DNA of 57,705 nt, counting the filler, from Sphacelaria rigidula (taxonomy: Eukaryota): NCBI GenBank assembly GCA_964200075.2. It is 9 parts of 9 records of this genome, joined end to end, with 100 filler letters (N's around TTAATTAATTAA, not from the genome) between each part and the next. Parts side by side here need not be neighbours in the genome. Positions count along the whole stretch, not along the records: positions 32,116 to 38,438 come from CAXNAA020020789.1; positions 38,539 to 44,861 come from CAXNAA020020790.1; positions 44,962 to 51,283 come from CAXNAA020020791.1; 6 more parts are not named here. One strand, given 5' to 3'. A model generated the notes under the pieces. It was not told where the DNA came from. It saw nothing but the letters and a program-made list of their open reading frames with translations, and made no database searches. A program made the translations under genes and the position numbers. Positions 33,714 to 45,561 of this stretch are shown here, in pieces (the first letter of the stretch is position 1; every line of letters starts with the position of its first letter).

Positions 33714-36700
33714 ATGAACAGTCAGGGAGAGCCATCTGTTGCACAACTTATCAGGAGCATCAGGAAATTTGACGGAACTAATTTCCTCGAATGGAAGCGC
33801 AGTACGCGCGCAGTGATTTCCCTGACACACCAAGGCCTCTCAGATATTATGAATGGGGGTACACGTCCCGCGGAAATTTATGATGACGTGGAGCACATTC
33901 AAGGTGCTCAATTACCTCCGATTGCAAGACCAACATCAAGATCAACGCCGCCACACACCCCCGCTCCCAAGGAACTCCACCGTCTTCATCAGACGAGGCA
34001 GCATAACCAAGAGATCCAGCAACACGAGATTCAGTTCAGGACCCGGCTGGTGGCGGAGTGGACTTATCCCAGGAGGACACTCATGTGAGAATTGTGGCCA
34101 ACAGATCTGAAATTGAGAATCGGGATCGCTGTAATGAACAGTTGTTCAATATTCTTCACTTGACAACTTCAGGCCCAGCGGGCAGTTTTCTTCTACGCTT
34201 CGAGCCGAAGGGCTATGCACGACCGAATGGCAAAATTGCTTGGGAGGCACTAGTCGGCAAATATGAAAACTCCTCGAAGCAAAGGCGGCGTATTCTTATG
34301 CGTCAGCTTGACAACATCAAAATGTCACCTGCACAAGATCCTAACGTTTTCCTGACCAAGATCTACGAACTGCGTGATCAACTGGTATACATGGGTGAGC
34401 CCATATCAGATGAAAGACATACGGATATCGTGGTGGAAGGTTTGGCAGATGACCATGATCAGATCAAGTATGATGCGGAGCGCGATCCTGACTTCAGCAT
34501 CTCCGACATCGAAGTGACAATGAGGAATATGTATTTCAATCGCGTCGCACGCGGAATTTTATCGAAAGGAGTACGCGGTCGAGATTCTGCTATGATAGCG
34601 ACATCATCAACTAATAATTCTTCAACTCCTACACGATTCGCGGGAAAATGTTTTTCCTGTGGTAAGCCTGGTCACCATATGCGAGACCGTCGTTCCAAAA
34701 GACAGTCCAACAGTAGCGGCAGGTCTGTTAAATGGTGTGGTCTGCACCAAACGGACAAAAATGACAATAGTGAATGTAAGAACCAAAAAGACAATGGAAA
34801 TACGGTCGGAAACCACAGTCATCATGGTGCAAACAACGATCGTCGTCGTCAACACACCCGCCACAACAACAGCCGCTCCAGCAGCAACTACAATAATTCC
34901 GGCCCCAGAGCAAACAATATTTCCAATCATCCGAATCAAGCCAACACCGTCACCATGGATCCTGCATCAACCACTTTATCAACAACGACGTCGACGACTA
35001 TTCCTTCGAATCACCAAGCTCAAGATATCAGCGGATCTTCATCCTTAACAGTGACCGATTCATGCTCGCCACCGAGTGGCATAGGCTACACCTTTTTTGC
35101 TGATCCTGAGGACAGGGTCAACACTCGGCCACCGGTTTCTATGTCATTCAAAATGGTATGTGATTCCGGGGCTAGCCATCACAACATCGACAATCAACTA
35201 CTGCCGAATATTGAAGCGGAGATGTTCGACTATATGTAAAACTCGATCCTCTCATGAGAATTCTGACAGCAGGCCTTCCTCTACTTTGCGGAACGGGAAA
35301 AGGTGTCCTCCACTCCATCGTCTGTGATCAGCAGGGCAACCAGCACTCCGTCCGCCTTCCGGCTATCATTGTGCAGGGCCTCGGCAAACATCTCTTCTCA
35401 CCTGTCGAAGCATTCCTGAAAGGAGTATCAACTATATTTTTGGTAAATTCTCACGTGGATCTTGGAAGCTTCAAAATTCCTATCCGGACCGACAATTCCG
35501 GTACGCTACACTTCCTCAACATGAAAATTATTCGGGATCAGAAGACCTTCTGCACCAACTCCGGGTCTACGTTTACAGCTGAGGTGGTTTCTGGAGACTG
35601 CATGGGTCAAGGGACAGCATTTACAGCTGTGGCCACCGAGGACGACCCCGCGGCTCTTTTGACCATTGTAAGTGCAGAAATATGGCATAAACGCCTGGGT
35701 CATCCAACTGAACCAGTTATGCGTCGTATCATGAATACACCCGAGACGGGAGTCAATTTTACAGGTTCACTTTCTTTGTGTGACACCTGCATGCTGAACA
35801 AAAGCACCCAGCGAAACCATCCGAAGACCGCGGACTTTTCATCAGTGACTGAGCGTCCACAACTTGTGACAACGGATCTGTCAGGATCCATCACACCGAC
35901 TGCATTAGAAGGATATAGGTATATGGCTATATTCACCGACCACTACAGTCCACTGAAAGTTGTATACTTTATCAAGGCAAAAGGTGAGGCAATTGCTACC
36001 CTGTGCAAGTATGTTCAAGACGTGGCAATTCCCTTAGGACTACGAGTACACCGCCTGCTATCAGATCGGGGGGGGAGAATATATCGCAGACTACTTTCGA
36101 CGATACTGCAAAACCACAGGAATTCTCCGAGAGTTCACCTGTCCACATACTCCCCAGCAAAATGGTATGTCAGAACGCGACGGAAGAACTATTCTCAGCA
36201 TAACCCGTTGCCCCTTGAACGAAGGGCACCTGCCCAAGTACCTATGGGGTGAAATAGCAGCGACGGCAGTATTTCTATTGAATCGTCTACCCTATAGTAG
36301 CATCAACGGAGAAACATCGTACTACTGGATGTTTGGAAAACAGGCGAAATTATCGTTTCTACGCACCATAGGTTGTCGTGCGTTCGTACACAAGGAAGGA
36401 CACCTCAACAAACTGGAGGGCAAGGCATGGGAGGGAGTTCTAATAGGGTACGACAGCGACAGTTCTTCATACCGCATCTACGACCGGCACTCCGGCAGGA
36501 TTAGTAGTTATCGAAACGTCACGTTCATCTAACAAGCAGTGGGAGCATCAAACCTGCAACAAGGCCCAACCCCAACTGCTTGGGGGGGAAATGCTGACTT
36601 ACAGCCCCTTCAAGAGAGCCTACAGGACGAAGACGAATTTTGTCACAATCAAGACCACCTTCAACAGGACAATACGGATTTCAACAACATCGTTTTTGAT

Positions 36701-37378
36701 GGCATTTCACAGCTGGACCGCGGCGACAGCTCAAACACTTCTACTCATCCTATGCGACTTCGCTCCGCCGGAACTTCGGCCCGCACTACTTCATCTCATA
36801 CCAACCAACGTCATTCTCAAGAACTACGAAAACTAGCATTGGCGATCGAAGCTCCGCGGAATTCATCCATGGCTTTGGAATCAGTTACACATTATATCGG
36901 GACGGTCGGCATCGAAAGTGTCATACCCCCTGCATCCATTCCCGTTCCGAATAATTTCAAACAGGCCTCTTCCTCACCATATGCCACAAAGTGGAGAGCA
37001 GAGATGCTCGACGAACTCCGCAGCATTCAAGACCATCGCGTGGCCGACACTATTCCAGCTGGAAAAGTTCCGCCGAACAACAACATCATTGGCACGAGAT
37101 GGGTGTACAAGGTCAAAGCCGACGGACGATTCAAGGATCGACTAGTTGTACAGGGTTGGGCACAACGACACGGATTCGATTGCGGGAGTACTTTTGCACC
37201 AGTCTGCCGACTCGAGAGCCAGAGGATCCTTCTCGCGATAGCCACTGCAAACAGCTGGCCGATAATTGCGCTTGATGTACAAACAGCCTTCTTAAACGGA
37301 AAACTAACGGAGACGGTATATTGCAAACAACCACCGGGCTTCGAGACTTCGGACCTTACTACCGGACAACCACACGTG
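33714..37378 (+). mobile_element. Ty1/copia element 2 gag-pol (Gag, protease, integrase, N-terminal half of RT), frameshifted
   Basis: KFDGTNFLEW (Gag N-terminus), CFSCGKPGHHMRDR (knuckle, last C>R), CDSGASHH (protease), WHKRLGH...CDTC, TDLSG/SDRGG/QQNGMSER (integrase), IGTRWVYKVK...RLVVQG...LDVQTAFLNG...YCKQPPGF (RT). PR-IN-RT order defines copia. Confidence 0.97.
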
Positions 37379-37885
37379 AGATACCATAACAACCGTAACT
37401 CTCGCCCACAAGCGACGAGTATTCATGGTGTCACACCACGCGCTAGGGCTCAACTGAGCACAGCCGACAACGGATCAAGACGAACGATTTCAGCGACAAC
37501 AATCGACTGGGGATGCAGGAAGGATCACCTCCAGTATGTTGGCGTTCCAGGTCAGAGCTGGAGGGACAGACGGAGAATAGTCCCAGATCTCCGACGCTTC
37601 GGGCTATTCGATGAACGTGAATACCCAACCATCTTCGATATTCTGAGTTCCCTCAGGCAACTGTTTTTCATGGCAGACATTCATTTTTTCCAGGACCTGA
37701 GAGTGCTCAACGTTTTACTTCAAGGTTGGATCAATGAGACTCCAGATGAGTTTGGTGTTTTAATCACGAAGAGGTTACACGACCAACTGACCTCAAGAGT
37801 AGTTCAAGTATCGGGGTCATCATCGTTGCCCGCTAGACTCAAGTACGGGAGAGATTTGGATGCACAAATTGCACTGGAATCATGA
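37379..37885 (+). CDS. Unidentified reading frame of about 168 aa fused in frame to the truncated RT
   Basis: ORF 36539..37885 stays open after RT similarity stops at GQPHV. No YVDD and no RNase H motifs are visible before the PPT. Confidence 0.4.
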   Translation, partial: RYHNNRNSRPQATSIHGVTPRARAQLSTADNGSRRTISATTIDWGCRKDHLQYVGVPGQSWRDRRRIVPDLRRFGLFDEREYPTIFDILSSLRQLFFMADIHFFQDLRVLNVLLQGWINETPDEFGVLITKRLHDQLTSRVVQVSGSSSLPARLKYGRDLDAQIALES

Positions 37886-38335
37886 CTATGGGTTTATTTC
37901 TAAACTCGGGCAATACACAAGTACTTTAGTCAGGAGCTATATCATGAGAAATTATTTCTTTTGTTTGTATACAGGAAGGCTGCACATGGAAACAAACCAA
38001 TTCTACCCGAGCAGTAGCATACTACGGGAAGTCGTTTTTAGGCTAAAACAGGCTTCAAAATTTTGATACCACACAATTGGTCCGGATGTGTATGTGTACA
38101 AACAAATTTCGTGGTAGAAGGTGTTTTTTGAAACAATACCTGTGCAGTTGAAAAAGGGCGGACTGATTTTGTAATCAGCACCGCGAGCTCAAGTACCTCG
38201 ATTGATTCTTGATTTGACTTGATTGCACTGCACAGCTGACCTTTTATACATCAGCGCATCGCAATATATATATAGCTACCTTTTGTCTAGTCTACAGTTT
38301 GATTGAGGACTGAAGTGCTGAGCGACGTACAACTC

Positions 38336-38438
38336 AAGGGGGAGTGTTGGAAATCTGTACAGCCTAGCTGCTTGTATTGTGTGAGTTTTTACTCTCGTAG
38401 CAACTTAGCGGGACAACTAGTCACGGTTCAAGTAGCGC
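38336..38438 (+). repeat. Polypurine tract and start of 3' LTR of copia element 2 (LTR from 38345, cut by contig end)
   Basis: aagggggag followed by TGTTGGAAATC..., identical to 32950-33043. Confidence 0.95.
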
Positions 38439-41400
38439 NNNNNNNNNNNNNNNNNNNNNNNNNNNNNNNNNNNNNNNNNNNNTTAATTAATTAANNNNNN
38501 NNNNNNNNNNNNNNNNNNNNNNNNNNNNNNNNNNNNNNAAGGGCTCGTATAAACATAACGGACTTTACTTATGGGACAGAGGAAGTACAACCCTAGTGCG
38601 TGTGCTGTGCGCGCCCATCACTCAAATCATCGCTTCTCGCCGACCTCTCAACATATTTGAGCAAGGTCACGCACGACGTTCTCAGCTATTGAGCAGCTGC
38701 GGCTCGAGCGGTGCTTTTTTGGTTTGCGGGGGCAACGCGATCCTCAGGTTCACCTATGATTGTGTTGAGTTGTAGTGAAAGCCTTTGCATGTGCCCATGA
38801 CAATGGGGAATCTGTATTCCCGTCCGAGGTGCACGCGAAATCACTTCTGCAAAATTGATATGGGGCAATTTGTTTTCGAGGGGTGGCATCGCAGCTACCA
38901 AGCACACGCGCTTTTTTTCAAAAGGAATTTGAAGAAAATGATGAGTCATCTTCGATAAGAAACCGCCCCATGGTACATGCGCGAAATAGGGGTCCTTAAC
39001 CAATGCGGCTATAGTAATGAAGTATATGACGGAGCTTAACACCCCCCGCGAGGGCGTGTGATGGATTCTCCAGCTGGGCCATGGCATCGAGTTGTATCAT
39101 AGGGAGATGAAATAAAAAAAAAACTCGTTCCATCAAGGAGATGATGGACATAGTATTGCTGAGGCTTGCCACGGAGGACACGCTCTCCATCACAATGTAC
39201 AATGCACGCTCTTCGTCGGGCGGGAGATGCCGGGCGATATTGTGATGGCTCTGACACGACGCGACCGTTCGTTTTCCCGACAAGGCCGATGCTGGAAGAG
39301 CCGTGAGACGTAAAAACAATATAGCCACCTACTTCCCTCGATGCCGTCGATAAATTGTGCGTCCAAAATGGTTGGCGCCAAAAGCAGACAGTCTCGGAAA
39401 CATTATCCCGAAGGAACGTCAGTCAGGCTTGGTCATTGTTGTGTTTGTGGGTGGTGAATAAATCGATGAGTGGCCGATTCTGCTGGTCCATGGTTCCTTT
39501 TACAAGGGATTGCGGCGTGCGCCGATTGAATGAGGTGCTAGGGGTAATCCGCACCCGCCTCGCAAAGGTCGGGAGGGCACTCCCGAGGAAGAGTTGATAA
39601 ATTATTACTTTATTCGACCCGAGTAGGTCAACAAATGAGTACGCCCCCGAGTAGGGTACGGTGTACATTGGTGGGAAGCCTTCCTCTGCGTATGGACCGT
39701 AAGAGCCGTGAAAACCCCCCCCTACCCGCCCCCTGCCCCCAGTGTTGTGTCACGAGACGGGTGCAGTATGATTTGATTTTTTATTGATGGTCGCACTTCA
39801 GCTAACCCCCCGATTCCGGTTTCTCTTCGGCACGTCTGTCACGATACTTGCCTTGCTTATTCGTCTCGCGGGGAGGGCGCAGCCTTCCCACCCCGCGTCG
39901 GCCGCTGTCTCCAGTCTGCCGAATATGGTACTTACTAACACGTGCCTCATCTCCACCAACGTGCTCTCCGTGACAATGTCTCCACGCCGGGTAAAGAACT
40001 GCAGCTGCAGGGTTCAATTTGGTTCCCATTCCAGGGTACAAATCCGAAGCTGCAGGACTGAGCCTGGGCGTCAGCACTCTCTGCATGACCCACTACCTAG
40101 ACTGTGTGTTGCATCACTACTGACACGAAACACAGACAAGCCAGTAGGTCAAGTTACCCTCCCCTACTTATTGGTTGTATTGTCGATGGCGTTAGCCAAC
40201 CCCGACACAAGCACTCCCAGTCGGGCGGCGGTCGGGGGGAAGAAGTACATGTCTCCAATAGATGTGCCTAGATAGTTTTAGACACATGGCCGCTTGTAGA
40301 GCGCTTCATGTGTCGAGCACTTCTTGAAACAGCACCGTTTGGGGGAAAAACATGAACGTATATCTTTGCTAGACTGAGCCCAGGGAATGCATAGGGCGAA
40401 CGACAGGATCAGGTATACCTGGAATATGTAGCTATACATAGGTACAGGGCATGCCTCAATGCGATAAGCTCAACCTCAAAGATACCCGCTTTGCACTATT
40501 ATACCGTACTTTTTTTGCACCAAATCTATACCTGGGAGTTGGTCTTCCACCCCTCAGGGGCCAGGCGCCACGCACGGGCCCTAGATCGACCACTGCAAGG
40601 ATGTGGCAAACAACTGCTTCGATTGTGCAGCATACAGGAGTGGGGTTGGGAACCTCGGGATACCAACCCTAGCCCTAACCCTAGCTTTAAAGGCTAGTCA
40701 GCTATTGCATCGGGGTTACAGGTGTTCCGAGTTTTCGCTGTTGATTTTATTCCGGAAGTAGCTCTGGTCGACCCGTTCACAACCCGGACCCTTACTTTCG
40801 GCCTCGATGGACGGGCTTTTGGGGGGAGGTGAAATATTCGGTTCTGGTGAAGAAATAGTGCCTACACAGTAGAGACCGTTGCCATTCATATGAATATATG
40901 GATGCAAGTTTCAGTCATCACTTCTGCTGACTGCCCACGTCCATATAGCATCCATCTACGCCTACAACGGCCATCCTCCAACACCTCGCGAGACTGCGAG
41001 CGGACAAAGCCTCGGAACAGAAACTAAGGCGTTCGAAGGGTTAGCCCTTGACTGCGAAGCCCTCGCGTAATTCGCCGTACAAGCATTCCTACCTCACAAT
41101 CATGTCACAATGATCGCCCTTTGACATTGATGAAAAAACCCGGAAATACTTGAGCAGTGAAAATGTCGACTATTTAACTGCCCGAATCCTGTTTTGGAAC
41201 ACCAGTGGGATGGGCTTCGGGAGTAGTCTCTGGATATTGCTTCTGGTTCACAGCGCCAACACGAAAGGGCTGTTCGCCATGCATATTCTGCGTTTCATGA
41301 TCGCTCTTGGATAAGCCATGACTAGCAGTACACGCCCCCCCCTCCCCGCTGCAGTACAGGGAAAATATGGCAGCTGTGGCGCCAGTAGTACATCTGTTGA

Positions 41401-43196
41401 TGTATGTACGAAGATGTCAGCACACAGCAGAAATCTTCAAAAGAAGAGAATACGTGCATCCGCTTCTCTCGACCAAGTAGAAAGGTTTCTCCGCGCCTCG
41501 TGCTGATTGCTCGTGTCCACCTCGCGTCCATCTACGGCTACGCAGACGGTGTGTAAACAAAATGGGGTGTGCCTTCTCGACGGGGGTCGGGCATGGTTGG
41601 AAATTTGTAGAACGGGCCAGGAAATATGCGGAGCTGTCGCAAAACCCGATTTAGCGAGTGATCACTTAATTTCTAAATGCCAAACGGAAGCAGCAGTCTG
41701 TTCACATACAAATTCTAGTGGCTCGTTTCTGGTGTCACTGGCCAATCCTGGGAACCGGAGCATCTGCTGTCAAGCCTGTAAAGCTTCTCAAGCTGTTGCT
41801 TGTTGCTTGCTCTTCGTCTCCCTAAGTGTTCCCGTGCAGTCGCATCGTCCTCGGCCCACATAGATCTAAAGATATGTGTGACTGAGCTCTGTGGGGCTTA
41901 GCGCCTGGTTTCGAATGAGGCAAGGCGAAATGCCACCCGCGCGAGCACGTTGATGTCCAGAATTTTGATGTGCGCGTTGCTAAGAGCAAGGCAAGGCAGA
42001 TGAGATTCTGTTTCAATTCAGAACTCCTTGTCGTCCGAACTCCATGGCTGTAACGAATAGTGGTGAGAACGGCTACAGCTATGTACGATATATTTCAAGT
42101 TTTTGGTGTTGATCGTGTCGAGAATTGTATTGGCTCGGGGTTCGAGGCCTGAAACCGAAACGTGCAGAAACGCAATAACCGTGATATCATCATTGAACAC
42201 GGTGATCTGTTTCGTCGTTTTTCCCCTGTAGATGAAGGCATACCTTCATACTACCGGGTATATTTTAAGTCTAGTCGAATGGGGTTAATTCCGAAAATGT
42301 AACCAGAGAGCTTGCAGACAGTCGAACCCTTTGAATAGTCGATTTGCTCTCGTTGTCATTTTTTTCAAGTCCTAACGTTCAGACCTCAACTGAACAACTG
42401 CCAGGTACAAGTCTTGGCTACATCGCTGGGATTAGAGCGTACCTTATACCTTATGATTCCACGCTGATACCGACAAGAGCGTAATAGAACAATGACCCAT
42501 GACGCAGTGGATAGGTTAGCTCATTGCCGTTGTAGGGCTATCATCATCCTTGTCTGTTATGCTGCGTGTGGCACGCAATATGTCATGGAGCAAACCTGTG
42601 CTTCGAATGACGGCAGCCTTGGCTGCCTCACTTCGTATACCCATGTTTTCTCACTTTGAGACTCACTTAGTGTTGCAGCCACCATGAACACCTGCGCGGC
42701 AGCATGACTGTGGCGTGTTATTCACACCTACCCCATCGGTCTCTGATGACCGCGAAAGACACTTCCTTCTGTGAAAAGCATCCTGCATTCACGTCATTTG
42801 AACTTCGTGCCCACTGCGAATAATCTTTGCCTGGTTGGTGAATTCGTGGGGATGGGAGGAAGACGTGAGCGAAATGACCGATTGCCCGGCGAACAGTCGC
42901 TTCATCGAGACTTATACCATAAGCCGAGTTTTCACAAGTCTCGGGGGTGGCAAACTTTGTTGTAATTGTACCGGTAGATTTGACGCAAAAAGAGATACAA
43001 ACAAGCCAGGACAACCTCCCAAGTGAATTTTGATTTACCGAACTACTCAGAGAGTTACCCCGCCTTTCCGGTCCTGGGGTGAGGCCGCGCTTCCTATTCT
43101 CACCACCGGAAGTCTATTCAAGTACAAACAGGGGCTCGTCTGTCTCACCAAAGAGTCTACATTCTACTTGAGCCCTGATTGCAGGTGAGCCTTTAC

Positions 43197-43338
43197 GCAC
43201 CCTGGACAAAATACTGCAGTGTAAAAAAATGTACTGCGTACAGTATCGACTATTGGGTCTATTGCAACAGACAATATATTCCATACTGTACGAGGTACAC
43301 GTTATGACAATTCAATCGATTGTCATTATCCAGGATGT
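43197..43338. mobile_element. Palindromic MITE family D
   Basis: caccctggac...aaaaaatgtactgcgtacagtatcgactattgggtctattgcaacagac...atactgtacgaggtacac...tccaggatgt. Confidence 0.8.
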
Positions 43339-44794
43339 GGACCTTTAACCTGTAACTGCACTCGAGCCTTTCACTGCAGCGGGGCTCATATGGACACATG
43401 ACACGTAACACATGAAACATGCAGGCATTGACTCATTCTAGCCCCAAATTGCTGTGACGCATGCCTATTTGCCTGAACACCAGTATGACTGAGCGAATGC
43501 ATAGGAACACGGTCACGAGGAAGCCACGTCACTCCACGTGGCTATTTTCTGAAGCCAAAGCATGCTTTCACTACTAGTGTCTGCCCGCGCTAACGTACTG
43601 CTGCAATCCACGCAATCAGCTACTTTCTGGTTACGTCAAGGCAATTCTGGTATCGTTCGAGGCAGTGCTTGGCGTACCTGGACCACGTGTTGGTGCACTA
43701 CACAAGACACCGTAACATTCCTGCATGTAGCTTCAGTTAAATCAGTAGGTCTGTGAACTAGACCAGTTTGTACTGGCAGTTTAACCGAAAGTGGAGTTTA
43801 ACTGCAACTGGTGACGAGGACTCCAGTTTATTCAGTTTATACAGCTTATTTCAACATTGCCGTTACCGGCTATGTTATACAATTTTTAGTATGGTGAGTT
43901 TTTTACAAATATGCTTACATGATCACGAACAAAATGACAGTAGAATTGGGGTCTGCACCTGACAACAGTACAGGTACAGAAAGTACAGTACAGTAGTACT
44001 CGTGGTCACTACACCTCGAAGTAAGTGATATTGCGGATATACATGCCAGGCTTGCCGTTTCATAGCACGAGATCTAAAAAAAAAAATAGCAAACAAACGG
44101 TAATCCGCGACCACAAAATACAAAGTACACCATGGCTTGCAATTTAACTGCATGCGTGCTTGTGGGTCTGGACGTGAATCATTTTGCGCTCTTATCCCTG
44201 CGTGCTGGCAGCCTTGACTTGTTTGCAGTTTCCTCTCCTCAAGGTGAGTCTGCTGCTGCATATTACAGATGAATGTTTTTCGAATCGTTCACCGCTTTGG
44301 ATGGGATTTGACTGTCATTCGAGAGTGCCCAAAAACACAATGTCCGAGACCCTACGTTCCTTTTTTGAATCCTGGAGTTTTTCGGGGGGGGTTACTAAAT
44401 CTCATACATGAATAATGAAAGACAAGAAATAAGATACAGTAAATGAAAAAATAAACTGAAAAGTATATGACAAATAAAATTCGTGTTAATGAAGCCTTAA
44501 TTCTTCGCATACCCCTGGAGACAAGTAAGGCCGAGTTATATTTATGGGTTTCGGCAATACACTGCACATCACACTTCCACGACAAGAACAAGACCCGACA
44601 AATACCACAATGCTCTGCAATGCTTTCTCAATCAAGCTCAACGCATCTATCTGCACCGTCAATTTGCGTCCAATGTGCGTCGCGCATCTTGTGGTGGCAG
44701 ATAGGACCAACAACCATGGGCGCTACCCCACCTAATTCGCCCCCAAATGGCTTTTTATTGAGTGTTTCTTAATGTGAAAAAATAACTACGACCG

Positions 44795-44858
44795 CCGGAG
44801 AGGGGGGGGGGGCGTACTCATTTGTTGCTTGCCTTAGTCGTTCGACCATTGACCACCA
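44795..44858 (-). repeat. Repeat family B, 3' end fragment
   Basis: Reverse complement reads ggtggtcaatggtcgaacgactaaggcaagcaacaaatgagtacgccccccc. Confidence 0.85.
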
Positions 44859-44961
44859 GATNNNNNNNNNNNNNNNNNNNNNNNNNNNNNNNNNNNNNNN
44901 NNNNNTTAATTAATTAANNNNNNNNNNNNNNNNNNNNNNNNNNNNNNNNNNNNNNNNNNNN

Positions 44962-45185
44962 CGGTCGACGAGGGAAAGGGATTGCTGAACCTCTCTCGCG
45001 ATAAAAAATGAAAAGGCAAGCACCGCAAAAGGAAGGTGGGGTACAAAAAACAAGTAGGAAAGAAAAAGCCCCTGTTTTGACCTTCCTCCTGTGTGACCCT
45101 GGCTGGTGCGCCCACACACACCGAAAGGTGTAGACCGGCGCCCAGAATAGATGGGACGACAACACACGACAACGCACACCAAACA
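44962..45185 (+). mobile_element. SINE family A, 3' two-thirds (cut by contig start)
   Basis: Collinear with 28824-29035. Confidence 0.85.
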
Positions 45186-45219
45186 CATCATGGCACTTTG
45201 CGCTTGGTGGTTTGAGTGC

Positions 45220-45561
45220 AAGCCTGGTCCGGCGAAACCCGGCGTGCTCAGTCCCGGCTTTGTAGGCATACGAGGTCAATAATGATATGACTACGGCATG
45301 CAAAATCATCGGTACAGCCCCCCCCCCCATGTGGGGGCATGAAGTCGTTTGATATAATAGACAGTAGCGAGAAACGATGGTTATACTATAATGGTAGATA
45401 GATGGTGGTCATATACGGCGAATCAGGAAGGCGATAAAATATGCACAAGACTTTTGTGCGATGCATGGAAGAAACGTAATGAGCGCCGGAATGTTGGAGG
45501 TGTATCTAGTAGGAATCATGCTCCGTCTCGCAAGGCATGCGTGGTCAATGGTCAAACGACT
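45220..45561 (+). repeat. Repeat family B copy joined directly to gypsy RT
   Basis: Collinear with 22637-22915; it stops at ggtcaaacgact, where gypsy RLRELLARL begins. Confidence 0.8.

Noticed and set aside
35225..35256. Programmed frameshift or read-through between protease and integrase regions
   Set aside because: Best explained by a 2-nt AT duplication (tatatg) in an element with several other lesions; no slippery heptamer is visible.
45461..45555. N-terminus of the 453-aa ORF as part of gypsy pol
   Set aside because: It is repeat family B sequence that happens to be in frame with the truncated RT.
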